NCBI GenBank assembly: GCA_964291625.2
Contig: OZ220089.1
Coordinates: forward strand, 3,232,001 to 3,296,000
DNA from: Candidatus Latescibacterota bacterium
GTDB taxonomy: Bacteria > Latescibacterota > UBA2968 > UBA8231
Length of the DNA stretch: 64,000 bases
Reading direction: 5' to 3'
This document shows positions 46,270-55,914 of the stretch, one piece after another. The first letter of the stretch is position 1, and every line of letters starts with the position of its first letter. The translations under genes and the position numbers were made by a program. The notes under the pieces were generated by a model that saw only the letters and a program-made list of their open reading frames with translations, did no database searches and had not been told where the DNA came from.

Positions 46270-49247
46270 GCCGCCCCCGGGCGGCGCTCCTCGCCCTGCT
46301 GCTGGCCGAGGCCCTCGGCGCCGAGCCCCGACTGCTGGAGGTCGCCCCGGGAGGGGACCGCTGGCGGACCGCCACCGCGGGACCCTACGACGTCGTCCTC
46401 GACATCCGCGACCTCTACCAGATCAACGCCCACTGGGAGATCAGCCGCGCCGGCAACCACGGCTCCCTGTCGACCACGGTGACCCTGCCTTCCGACTGGG
46501 TGCGGCCCTGGCGGCTGCGGTTCTTCCAGGCCGACGACTACCAGGCCTGGGGCATCGACCGCTCGCAGGCGGCGGACTGGTACGCCGAGACCGGCTTCGT
46601 CGGCCACCGCTTCAAGCAGGTCCTCGTCGACGGGCGGCTGGTGTGGGAGAAGGACGTGGCCGACACCGGCACCGGCCAGTACGAGGAGGTCGACCTCAGC
46701 TGGGTCGTGCGCCCCGGCCAGAGCTTCGAGCTCACCTTCCGCGTCTTCGACCGGGTGGCGAGCGACGAGGAGCTGGAGGGGGACTACTTCCGGATCCGCT
46801 CCGAGGCCTTCCGGCCCCAGGACAACCCGGCGTGGTACGAGCCGACCACCTACAAGCGCTTCGAGACGCGCACCTACTGGGGCGACGTGGTCCTCCACGA
46901 CGCGGCGGCGGCGGACTCGGCGGTGGCCGCGGCGGCGGCCTACGACTGGCTGGAAGGCGCCCGGCCCCAGGGGGCGTGGGAGCGGGGACGGCGCGGGACC
47001 CCGGCGGAGGGACCGATCGGGCTGACCCTGGAGACGGACGCGCCGGCGCCCCTGCCGGAGGCGGGCTACCCGGTGCGCTCGGGCGTGCCCTTCGCCCGGG
47101 GCATGCTACCGCCGGGGCGGCCGGTGGCCCTGCGCGACCCCGGCGGCGCCGTGGTGCCGCTGCAGACGACGGTGCTGAGCCGCTGGCCGGACGGCTCCAC
47201 GAGATGGCTCCTGCTGGACTTCGTCGCCGGCCCGGGGAGCGACGGCGGCCGCTACAGTCTCCACTGGCAGGACGTCGAGGCGGGTCCGCCGCCTGCGCCG
47301 CCGATGCACCGGCGGACGGCGGAGGGCCTCGTCGTCGACGGCGGGCCCCTGCGGTTCACGGTGCCGGAGGCCCCGGGGCCGGACCTGCTGGCGGACGTGG
47401 CGCTGGACGGCAGGGTGGTGGTCTCCAGCCTGGTCGGCGCCCTGGAGGCGCGGGTCCAGGACGCCGACGAGGCCGAGCCCCCCGGCCCGAGCCGGCGCTA
47501 CGTGGCCGGCCGCGACCGCTACGTGGTGGAGGCGGCGGGGCCGGTGCGCACCACCGTGCGCCTCCACGGGCACCTCGTCGACGCCGCCGGCGATACCCTG
47601 GGGGCCGTGATCACCCGGGCCAGCGTCTGGGCGGGGCTGCCGTACCTGCATCTGACGTACCGCGTCTTCAACGGCTCCGACCGCCACCGGCGGCTCGATC
47701 TGTCGCGGCTGTCGCTCCGGGCTCCCGGCGGATCTCCGCGATGGGAGGGGCTGCCGGAGGTGCGCTGCCTGGAGGCGGACGGCCGGAGCCCGGGGCCCGA
47801 CGGCCTGCTGAGCCGGGACGGCTTCGGCGTCGGCGTGCGCTGGTTCTGGCAGCAGTTCCCCAAGGCGATCCTCCCCGGGACGGACCGCCTCGACATCGAC
47901 CTCTACCACCCGGCCGACCCCGCCAGCGTCCACAACTGGTTCGCCGCCGGCGAGGCGAAGCGCCACGAGGTGCTGCTGACCTTCGCCGCCGACGCCGGGC
48001 AGAGCCGGCGGGCCCTGGAGGCCTTCCAGCATCCGCCGCGGCTCTTCGACGCCCCCTGGCACCGCCGCAGCGGCGGCTGGGGCCCGGCGGGCGGACACGG
48101 CCCGGCGGCCTTCCCGGAGCTGCACGAGGCGATGGAGAAGTACGGCGCCACCCTCGAGGGCCGCTGGTCCTGGGGGAACGAGTACGGGATCCGCAACTTC
48201 GGCGACAGCCGCTACGGCGACGGCTGGTACAACAACTACTACGACATGGCCCACACCCTGCTGGGCGAGTACCTCCTCGGCGGCTCGGCCGCCTTCTACC
48301 GGCTGGGCGAGGCGATGGTCCTGCACCTGATGGACGTGGACGTGGTCCACGACCACGCCGCCGACGAGCCGATCGCCGGGCCGGCGGCCCCGGCCATGTG
48401 GGCGGCGAGGCCGCAGCTGCCGTCGGGTCCGCCCCGCCGCCGCTCCACGGGGGCCGTGCGCGCCTTCGGCTCCAGCCGGCACCACAACCTGACGCCGGTG
48501 GTCGACTACAAGGGGCTGTCGCCGAAGGCCTACCTGCGTCTCTACCACCTGACGGGCGACCTGGACGCCCTCGAGACGGCCCTGGCCGTCGGCGACTACG
48601 TGGCCCGCAGCGCCAGCGGCCTCGGCGGCCGCTCCTCGCGGGCCCAGGCCTTCCCCCTGGCGGCGCTGATGGCGGTCTACGAGGAGACCTTCGACGAGCG
48701 GCTGCTGCAGGCGGCGCGGCGGCTCTTCGAGGACGCCCTGAGCTTCGGGCCGCGGCGGGGCGCCTACGTGGAACCGATGATGAGCTTCGAGTACATGTCC
48801 AACGGCGGCGGCATGGTCACCCACCTGACGGAGGGCATGATGCTCTACTGGGCCGCCAGCGGCGACCGCCGGGCGGCGGCGGCGATCGTCGCCCTGGCCT
48901 CCTCCGTCCTCGCCGAGAACACGGGCGGTCCCGAATCCCTGCCCTGCTACTGGGAGCGCGGTCCGGGGGGCCTGCGGCTGCTGCCCGAAGGACAGGGGGA
49001 CCGCGGGCAACCGGGCGTCACCCACTACTCCGGGAACCCGCTGCAGAAGAACTGGGCGCCCGAGTACGTCCACCAGGTCTGCCAGGGGTTCGCCTACGCC
49101 TACGACCTCACCGGTGATCCACGCTTTCTCGAGGCGGCGCGGGGCGGCTACGAGGCGGCGGCCCGGGCGGGGCTGCTGAACGCGATGTACGTCTACTGGG
49201 CCGCGCCGGTGCTGCTGTTCTACCTCGACGCCTTCGCCGGCCACTGA
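46266..49247 (+). CDS. Large secreted protein, exo-rhamnogalacturonan lyase/YetA-like
   Basis: Signal peptide; PVRSGVPF..G, PLQT.VLSRWPDGS.RWLLLDF, GPVR, FWQQFPK, GIRNFGD, WYNNYYD, helical C-terminus. Confidence 0.6.
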   Translation: MSRPRAALLALLLAEALGAEPRLLEVAPGGDRWRTATAGPYDVVLDIRDLYQINAHWEISRAGNHGSLSTTVTLPSDWVRPWRLRFFQADDYQAWGIDRSQAADWYAETGFVGHRFKQVLVDGRLVWEKDVADTGTGQYEEVDLSWVVRPGQSFELTFRVFDRVASDEELEGDYFRIRSEAFRPQDNPAWYEPTTYKRFETRTYWGDVVLHDAAAADSAVAAAAAYDWLEGARPQGAWERGRRGTPAEGPIGLTLETDAPAPLPEAGYPVRSGVPFARGMLPPGRPVALRDPGGAVVPLQTTVLSRWPDGSTRWLLLDFVAGPGSDGGRYSLHWQDVEAGPPPAPPMHRRTAEGLVVDGGPLRFTVPEAPGPDLLADVALDGRVVVSSLVGALEARVQDADEAEPPGPSRRYVAGRDRYVVEAAGPVRTTVRLHGHLVDAAGDTLGAVITRASVWAGLPYLHLTYRVFNGSDRHRRLDLSRLSLRAPGGSPRWEGLPEVRCLEADGRSPGPDGLLSRDGFGVGVRWFWQQFPKAILPGTDRLDIDLYHPADPASVHNWFAAGEAKRHEVLLTFAADAGQSRRALEAFQHPPRLFDAPWHRRSGGWGPAGGHGPAAFPELHEAMEKYGATLEGRWSWGNEYGIRNFGDSRYGDGWYNNYYDMAHTLLGEYLLGGSAAFYRLGEAMVLHLMDVDVVHDHAADEPIAGPAAPAMWAARPQLPSGPPRRRSTGAVRAFGSSRHHNLTPVVDYKGLSPKAYLRLYHLTGDLDALETALAVGDYVARSASGLGGRSSRAQAFPLAALMAVYEETFDERLLQAARRLFEDALSFGPRRGAYVEPMMSFEYMSNGGGMVTHLTEGMMLYWAASGDRRAAAAIVALASSVLAENTGGPESLPCYWERGPGGLRLLPEGQGDRGQPGVTHYSGNPLQKNWAPEYVHQVCQGFAYAYDLTGDPRFLEAARGGYEAAARAGLLNAMYVYWAAPVLLFYLDAFAGH

Positions 49248-49293
49248 GGTCACTGTACATACAGGAGGATGTGCTCTCCTGAGGGGAAGAGCT

Positions 49294-50304
49294 CTACTTG
49301 GGAGCTCTAATCCTATGACGGATAGTCCTCTCCTCAGTTCCAAACGACATGGCAAGTCCTCCATCAAATCGGAGCCAAGCTTGAGCTGATGAAAACACAT
49401 CGTCCGGTACTTCCAAGCATAACACGGGAGAAGGAGAGCCCTTCTGAGCAAGCTGGTTGTACAGATACATGGCCGTCTGAAAGACTATCAAATGACTGTA
49501 TCGTATACCACACGTTCTCAGATGGCCCAAGATGTGAATCTCAGAGTCCTTCACGACCCTGAACCTAGCAGTATCCTCCTGTCCCTCAACGAGCATAAGC
49601 CGTTCCACAGGAGGAGAGTGGGCTCCCTCCACGTTAACCATCACTCTTATCACATCCCTCAGAGTAATCCCTCGCCCATCAAAGACCACAAGCTGCTGAC
49701 CAAGCCATGATTCACAGTCAAGACTCTCTGGAGAATGAGAGTCAAACAGCTCCTCTGGCCTTACCTCGAACATCGGCTGAGTGCCCCAACTCACCATGCC
49801 GGGCAACGGCCACTCTACATGAAAGTTGAGGCTTTGAGGAGCTATGGGAAGAATATGCTCCACTTCCGGATCTCCTGTCTCATCATTCAGTTTGGTAGCG
49901 TGCATCCGACCGCCCTTGACAGTAAAAGGAGTAAGCGAGAGATGCACTCGTTCCCCTGAAACCTGGCGAATTCTGCCGAACTTCAATCCCTCCTTACAGC
50001 AGACTTCTCCATCGAGCAGCCTCTGGGTATGTCTGTCTCCCAAAACCATCTTGCGCAAGAAAAGGGAACAATGCCTAGCAAGGCTCGCCGTTAGGTCAGC
50101 AATCAGACCAGAGGTCATCTCTATCCTACGTCCTTCAGCAGGCAGAGTACCACCACTGACCATTGAACCGGTCCCTTCGAATACCAATCGAAGGTCCATC
50201 ATCGCCTCACGAATCCGTTCCTCCCTAGTCCTGCGACCGACCATCACAGGACTGCCGGTCATCGGAACGAATTCTATTCTCTCAATGGACTCATCTTCGA
50301 TCAT
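49294..50304 (-). CDS. Hypothetical protein, low GC, possibly HEPN-like
   Basis: Long ORF in a region visibly much lower in GC than its flanks; ARHCSLFLRKM and W...ITLRDVIRVMVNVEGAH motifs. Start uncertain (ORF open to 50337). Confidence 0.6.
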   Translation of the reverse strand: MIEDESIERIEFVPMTGSPVMVGRRTREERIREAMMDLRLVFEGTGSMVSGGTLPAEGRRIEMTSGLIADLTASLARHCSLFLRKMVLGDRHTQRLLDGEVCCKEGLKFGRIRQVSGERVHLSLTPFTVKGGRMHATKLNDETGDPEVEHILPIAPQSLNFHVEWPLPGMVSWGTQPMFEVRPEELFDSHSPESLDCESWLGQQLVVFDGRGITLRDVIRVMVNVEGAHSPPVERLMLVEGQEDTARFRVVKDSEIHILGHLRTCGIRYSHLIVFQTAMYLYNQLAQKGSPSPVLCLEVPDDVFSSAQAWLRFDGGLAMSFGTEERTIRHRIRAPK

Positions 50305-50514
50305 TGCGAACCACTCTCCGACTTTCGCACCACCCAAGTGGGGCGGATCAGGCTTGGACTTTGGGAAATCGACAGGGCTGTAACCTGGGGATGTGGAATC
50401 CAGGGAGGGAGCATCCTAGATCATCGGCAACGGAACAGTTGGCTTCCGGAGCGATTCTCCGGGAGAGCAGAAGGGTCGCGGGCTCGGAGTGTCCAATAAT
50501 GTGTCATATCGCCG

Positions 50515-53259
50515 TCAACGCAGCAGCAACAGCTTCTCCGTGCCGATCCAGCGCCCGGCCGACAGCCGCACCAGGTACACGCCGGAGGCCAGGGGGAGGC
50601 CCGACCCGTCGCGCCCGTCCCAGCTCACGCGGTGGGCCCCGGCCTCGCGGCGGCCTCGGAAGAGTTCCACGACCCGCTGCCCGGCGAGGTTGTAGACGGA
50701 CAGCCGAACCTCGGAGGCCGCCGGCAGGTCGAAGCGCAGGACGGTCTCGGCGTTGAAGGGGTTCGGATAGCTCGGCCCCAGCGCGTACTCATCCGGCGTG
50801 CCGTCCCCGATGATCTCGCTCACCGCCGTCACAGGCTCCGGCTCCGCCGCCGGGATGCGGGTGACGAGGCGCACGTCGTCCAGGTAGAGGGTGCCGGACA
50901 TGGAGCCGCGCAGCACGATCGCGTCGACCTCCTCGACGATACGGTCCGGGCCGCCGTACCGGTTCTCCACCGTGAAGGCGTCGAAGTCGATCTCCACGAC
51001 CTGCCACCCCGGGTCTCCGGGGACGACCTCGTACGGCGGGCGCAGCAGGTCGACGGAGAGATCGTCGACGACCACCGACAGGGCTGCGGGACCGGGCATA
51101 GCGGCGGCGCCCACGTGGAGGACGAGACGCAGGCCGGCGAAGCCCTGGATGTCCACGGGGGAGGGCGGCACCATGGTGGCCCGCCAGAGGGTCCAGAAGT
51201 TCACCGGCTGCAGGTGCAGCTCCAGGGCCTGGCGGCCGTTGAAGACGGGTCCCGCGTCCGTGGGACCGACGATCGTCGCCCCCTCCTCGCCGAGGAGCTG
51301 CCAGCCGCCGGCGAGCCCGTCGTCGAGGATCGGCAGGTCGGGCGGCGAGAGCACCATGTCGTGGCGGAACTCGTGGCCGAAGACGACGCCGCCGACCTCC
51401 TGCTCGAAGCGCACCCGAAGCGGGTAGGTGCCGGGGGGCACGTCGAGGGCGACGACCGCCCGCAGCGAGTACTCGTCCTCGCCGGCCGGGGTCAGCGGCA
51501 CCTCCGCGGGGCCGCCAAGGGCCGACAGGTCCGCCGTCACGCGCGGGTCCCCTCCGTCGGCCGACAGCGGCTCGATGCGCACCGTGGCCCGCAGCTCGGC
51601 CGTCTGCCCGAGGGTCAGGCCCGCGGGCAGGTCGTGACTCCAGATCGGGGGCAGCACGTACACGGTGCTGGCGAAGCGCAGCGACTCGGTGCGCTCCCCG
51701 GCCCGCTGCTCGACGCGGATGACGATGTCGCGGCGGCCGACCTCGCCGGCGACGAGCTCGACCTCCAGGCCGTACTCCCCGTCGCCGAGGGGGGTCAGCT
51801 CCACCTCGGCGGGTCCGCCGAGGGCGCTCAGGTCGGCGGTCACCCGCGGCTCCCCGCCGCCTTCGGCCAGGCGCTCGAGGCGCACGGTGCCCTTCAGCGT
51901 CACCCGGCCGGCGAGGCCGACCGACTCCGGCAGGTCGTGCTCCCAGGAACCCTGCAGCTGGCTGTGGGTGATCTTCAGGATCACCGTGTTGCGGCTGTCG
52001 CTGCCGACGTAGAGGCTGCCCTCCGCGTCGCTGGCGAGGCCGTGGGGGAAGCCCCAGACGCTGCTGGTGGTGGTGCCCGTCTGGAACCCCGTGACGAAGT
52101 CGGCCATGACGGCATCGGAGCCGTCAGGGTCGCTGAACAGGGCCTGCACCTTGTACCCGGGGTGGGAGGAGAGCTTGGCGCGGCCGGCGCGGAAGGCGAC
52201 GAAGGCGGCGTTCCTGTACCTCGCGGGGAACTGCTCGCCCGTGTAGAAGTGGATGCGCATCGGCGCCCAGTGGGCCGGCACCAGGACCGCCGGCTTCTTC
52301 TGGGTCATGGCCAGCAGCGAGTCCTCGCGCGTGATCGGCAGCATCGGGTGGTAGCGGCCGATGGTGAAGTCGTTCCAGACCTGGTGGCTCTGCACGAAGG
52401 GGTAGCCCTGGAAGTCGCCGTCGCGCAGCACGTCGATCCACTCCGGCGGACGGGAGCGGCCCTCCTCGTCGTGGCCGTTGTTGGTGCCCCACAGCTCGTT
52501 GGTGACCGGGTGCAGGTCCATGCCGACGACGTTGCGCACGCCGGTGACGAAGATGCGCCCGCCCGTGCCGTCGGCGTTGAACTCCATGACGGTGCCGCGC
52601 TCGGGGCGGTAGGGGAGGACATCGGTGGTGCTGGCCCCGGCAAACTGGTGGCCGGGCTCCATGCGGCACAGGTCGCAGGGGGAGCCGACGCTGACGTAGA
52701 GCTTCTCGTTCGGCTCGTCGAAGACGATCGTCTTGGTGTCGTGCCAGGCCTCGTAGGGCAGGTCGGAGACGAGGACCTCGGTATCCTCGTAGAGGCCGTC
52801 GCCGTCGGCGTCGATGGCTCGGATCACCCGGTGCTCCTCGCCGACGTACATCTCCCCCTTGTAGAACGCCAGACCGTCGCAGGTCCGCAGGCCGCCGAGG
52901 ACGACGGTCTCGTCGTCGGCGACGCCGTCCCCGTCGCGGTCGGGCAGGGCCATGACCTGGCCCCGCCGGGTGACGGCGTGGAGCACGCCTTCGGGGCTGA
53001 ACTGCAGGTCCCGCGGGCCCCCCTGGACCACGGCGAAGAGCCGGGCGCTGAAGCCCGGCGGGAGGTTGACGCTCAGGCCCCTGGGCACGTCGCCGCGGTA
53101 CTTCTCCGGCACCTCGATCTCGACCTTCTGCAGGCCCAGGTCGATGGTCGGGGTCAGAGTGCCGGGTGGGTAGTCGGCGCCGTAGTCCTGGGCGGACGGG
53201 GCGCCGGCGGCGAGCAGGCTCAGCAGGGCGAGGGGCCGGGAGGTCCGGAAGGCGCGCAT
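50515..53259 (-). CDS. Secreted PQQ-dependent sugar/sorbosone dehydrogenase with duplicated beta-domain, CBM-like domain and C-terminal FlgD-Ig domain
   Basis: Signal peptide from ATG 53259; LPPGF, DRDGDG, LYVSVGSPCD, GVRNVVG, ELWGTNNG; C-terminal PSYPNPFN...SGVYLVRL. Confidence 0.85.
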   Translation of the reverse strand: MRAFRTSRPLALLSLLAAGAPSAQDYGADYPPGTLTPTIDLGLQKVEIEVPEKYRGDVPRGLSVNLPPGFSARLFAVVQGGPRDLQFSPEGVLHAVTRRGQVMALPDRDGDGVADDETVVLGGLRTCDGLAFYKGEMYVGEEHRVIRAIDADGDGLYEDTEVLVSDLPYEAWHDTKTIVFDEPNEKLYVSVGSPCDLCRMEPGHQFAGASTTDVLPYRPERGTVMEFNADGTGGRIFVTGVRNVVGMDLHPVTNELWGTNNGHDEEGRSRPPEWIDVLRDGDFQGYPFVQSHQVWNDFTIGRYHPMLPITREDSLLAMTQKKPAVLVPAHWAPMRIHFYTGEQFPARYRNAAFVAFRAGRAKLSSHPGYKVQALFSDPDGSDAVMADFVTGFQTGTTTSSVWGFPHGLASDAEGSLYVGSDSRNTVILKITHSQLQGSWEHDLPESVGLAGRVTLKGTVRLERLAEGGGEPRVTADLSALGGPAEVELTPLGDGEYGLEVELVAGEVGRRDIVIRVEQRAGERTESLRFASTVYVLPPIWSHDLPAGLTLGQTAELRATVRIEPLSADGGDPRVTADLSALGGPAEVPLTPAGEDEYSLRAVVALDVPPGTYPLRVRFEQEVGGVVFGHEFRHDMVLSPPDLPILDDGLAGGWQLLGEEGATIVGPTDAGPVFNGRQALELHLQPVNFWTLWRATMVPPSPVDIQGFAGLRLVLHVGAAAMPGPAALSVVVDDLSVDLLRPPYEVVPGDPGWQVVEIDFDAFTVENRYGGPDRIVEEVDAIVLRGSMSGTLYLDDVRLVTRIPAAEPEPVTAVSEIIGDGTPDEYALGPSYPNPFNAETVLRFDLPAASEVRLSVYNLAGQRVVELFRGRREAGAHRVSWDGRDGSGLPLASGVYLVRLSAGRWIGTEKLLLLR

Positions 53260-53562
53260 AGCGGGTCTCTCTTCGGAGGAGGGAGTGCCAGGGCGCGGAC
53301 AGTCGCGCGGGGCCACACCAACACCAAGAACTAACTCAGGCCTCCCGTCATCTGCCAGGGCGAGAGAGCGTCGGCGCACGAGCAGCAGGCGCCGGGGCCG
53401 GCCGCGAAGGTGATTCCGAGGGGGAGTTGACCGGGAGCGCGGACCCGGCGTAGCGTGCGGGCCCCCGCCGTCGCCGAGCCGCGGCGGGCGGCTGGCATCG
53501 ATCTGCTCAGGGCCTCGGGCCCTGCCGCCGATGGCGATGCGCAACGTGGAGATACAGGTCCC

Positions 53563-54561
53563 CTGCAACTGCCCAACTACCCCCCGGCCCAGGGCATCCG
53601 CGTGCCGGCGGCCGAGATGCGCCGGCTGACGGCCTCCCTCCTCGAGCGGGCCGGCATGCCCCGGGAGCGGGCCGGGTGGCTGGCCGCCCGGCTCGTCGAG
53701 TGCGACCTGCGCTGCGTCTTCAGCCACGGCACCAAGCACGTGGCCCACTACGTGCGGCTCATGCGCGACGGCCGCGTCAACCCCGCGCCCGAGGTCCGGG
53801 TCGTGGACGAGTCCGGGACCACGGCCGTCCTCGACGGCGACGGCGGCCTCGGCTACTTCCCCTGCCAGCGGGGGATGGAGATGGCGCTGGCCCGGGCCGG
53901 CGCCCACGGCCTCGGAGCGGTGACGACCGGCAACCATCACCACATCGGCTCGGCGGGCCTCTACTCGCGCCTGGCCCTGGAGGCCGACTGCATCGGCCTG
54001 GCGGCGTCGTCGGTGCGCTACCCCATGGACCCGGACGACCTGGTGCTGCGCGCCGCCGGGGCCTCGCCCCTGAGCGTGGCCGTGCCGACAGACAAGCAGC
54101 CGCCGCTGGTCGTCGACATGGGGGCGCACATGCTGCCCCACGAGCCGGAGCTGCTCGAGCGCTTCCCGCGGGTGTTCTTCAAGAGCCTCGGGCTGGGGGC
54201 CGTGCTGCAGGTCCTCGGCGGGGTGCTGGCCGGCATCCATCGGCCGGAGCTGCAGGCCACGGGGTCGCCATGGGTCTCCGACCAGGGCGGTTTCGTCGCC
54301 GCCATCGCCGTCGAGCGGTTCATGCCCGCGGCCGAGTTCAAGGCCGCCATGGACGGGTACGTCTCCCGGGCGCGGAGCATGCAACCCTTCCCGGGCGTGG
54401 ACCGCGCCGAGCTGCCAGGCGGCCTGGAGTGGCAATGGGAGCGGGACCACGCCCGCGACGGCATCCGCGTCGGCGCCGAGCACCGGGAGGTGCTGGAGGA
54501 GATCGCCGCCGAGGTCGGCGTGGCCACACCCTTCGCCCGCTACGAGAGCACCCGTTTCTGA
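53563..54561 (+). CDS. Ldh_2 family (malate/L-lactate/sulfolactate dehydrogenase-like) oxidoreductase
   Basis: DLRCVFSHG, DGDGGLG, NHHHIGSAG, PLVVDM, LPGGLE. Start uncertain: CTG 53563 after GGAG, or ATG at 53617. Confidence 0.85.
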   Translation: MQLPNYPPAQGIRVPAAEMRRLTASLLERAGMPRERAGWLAARLVECDLRCVFSHGTKHVAHYVRLMRDGRVNPAPEVRVVDESGTTAVLDGDGGLGYFPCQRGMEMALARAGAHGLGAVTTGNHHHIGSAGLYSRLALEADCIGLAASSVRYPMDPDDLVLRAAGASPLSVAVPTDKQPPLVVDMGAHMLPHEPELLERFPRVFFKSLGLGAVLQVLGGVLAGIHRPELQATGSPWVSDQGGFVAAIAVERFMPAAEFKAAMDGYVSRARSMQPFPGVDRAELPGGLEWQWERDHARDGIRVGAEHREVLEEIAAEVGVATPFARYESTRF

Positions 54562-54574
54562 CCAGGAGCCGCTA

Positions 54575-55798
54575 ATGAGGATCACGGACGTCGACATCAT
54601 CCCCATCCATCCCCGCCTGGCGGAGCGCAACCGGCACGATCCGGTGCGCTTCGCCGGCATCGACCACCGCGTCGTCTGCCGGGTGCGCACCGACGACGGC
54701 CTCGTCGGCTACGGCGACCACCGGGGGGGCGCGCCCTCGGCCGCGAGCGTGGAGCCGCTGATCGGCCGCAGCCCCTTCGAGTTCCTCGGCAACGGATTCG
54801 ATCCGGCCGTGGGCGGCGCCCTCTACGACGTGATGGGAAAGCACCTGGGGGTTCCCGCGTACCGGCTCATGGGCCCCAAGGTGAGGGATGCGGTCTCGGT
54901 GGCCGCCTGGACGCGGCAGGCGTCGCCGGAGGAGTTCGCCGCCGAGGTGCGGCGGGCGGCGCAGCAGGGGTACCTGGTGATCAAGATGCACACGACGCCG
55001 GTCCACGACGTGCGGGAGCAGGTGCTCGCCGCCGAGGAAGTGGCGCCGGAGGGTTTCCGCCTGCACTTCGACCTGAACGGCTCGCGGACGCTGGCCACGC
55101 TGCTGCCGATCGTGCGCTGGCTCGAGGGCCGTCCCGTGGTCGGCTGCATCGAGGACCCGTGCCAGAAGGACGACCTGGACTCCTGGTGCCGGCTGCGCGA
55201 GCAGACCACCCTGCCCCTGGTCTTCCACGTGCCGCCCGGCGAGTCCCGCCTGCCGGCCCTGGGCCGGGGCGCCGCCGACGCCTACCTCATCGGCAGCGGC
55301 GGCAGCAGCATCGGCGACACTCTGGCCAACGGCACCGCCTGCGCCCGGCTCAACACCCAGTGCCTGATCCAGCTGACGGGCGGCACCCTGACCAAGGCCC
55401 TGGGCCTGCACATGGCCGCCGTGCTGCCCACGGCCACGGGCCACTCGATCCACCTCGACGACCAGTACGAGGACGACATCACCACCGAGAGGATCGAGGT
55501 GGCGGCGGGGTGCTCTCCCGTGCCGGAGCGGCCGGGGCTCGGCTTCGACGTGGACGAGGACGCCCTCGAGCGGCTGGCCGCGAACCCGCCCGCCCAGGTC
55601 CCGCGTCACCTGGAGCGCGTGCACCTGCCGGGCGGACGAACGCTGTACGGGCGCTCGCCGGGGGACGTGGCCCGCGCCACCGGGCGCGAGGAGGGGGCGA
55701 TCCAGGGCCTGCGGAGCGAGACCTGGCACGACGACGGGTCGGAGGAGTTCCGCCGGACCTGGGAGCGCGTGCGGCGGGACGGACCCTACATCCACTGA
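54575..55798 (+). CDS. Mandelate racemase/muconate lactonizing enzyme family protein
   Basis: MRITDV, VRTDDGLVGYG, ALYDVMGK..GVPAY.L.G, IEDP, PERPGLG. Confidence 0.85.
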   Translation: MRITDVDIIPIHPRLAERNRHDPVRFAGIDHRVVCRVRTDDGLVGYGDHRGGAPSAASVEPLIGRSPFEFLGNGFDPAVGGALYDVMGKHLGVPAYRLMGPKVRDAVSVAAWTRQASPEEFAAEVRRAAQQGYLVIKMHTTPVHDVREQVLAAEEVAPEGFRLHFDLNGSRTLATLLPIVRWLEGRPVVGCIEDPCQKDDLDSWCRLREQTTLPLVFHVPPGESRLPALGRGAADAYLIGSGGSSIGDTLANGTACARLNTQCLIQLTGGTLTKALGLHMAAVLPTATGHSIHLDDQYEDDITTERIEVAAGCSPVPERPGLGFDVDEDALERLAANPPAQVPRHLERVHLPGGRTLYGRSPGDVARATGREEGAIQGLRSETWHDDGSEEFRRTWERVRRDGPYIH

Positions 55799-55914
55799 GA
55801 GGGGGCCCCACGCCGATCGACCACCGAGCATCGACGGAAGAGCCGGCGGCAGAGCTGCCAGGAGCGGGGAGTTCTCGACATGAATGCAGTCGCCATCGAG
55901 AGGGAGCGCGAGCG

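Noticed and set aside
53270-53520. Possible riboswitch or ncRNA in the divergent intergenic region
   Set aside because: GC-rich pairing is possible, but I could not match any known riboswitch consensus; this needs an Infernal/Rfam search.
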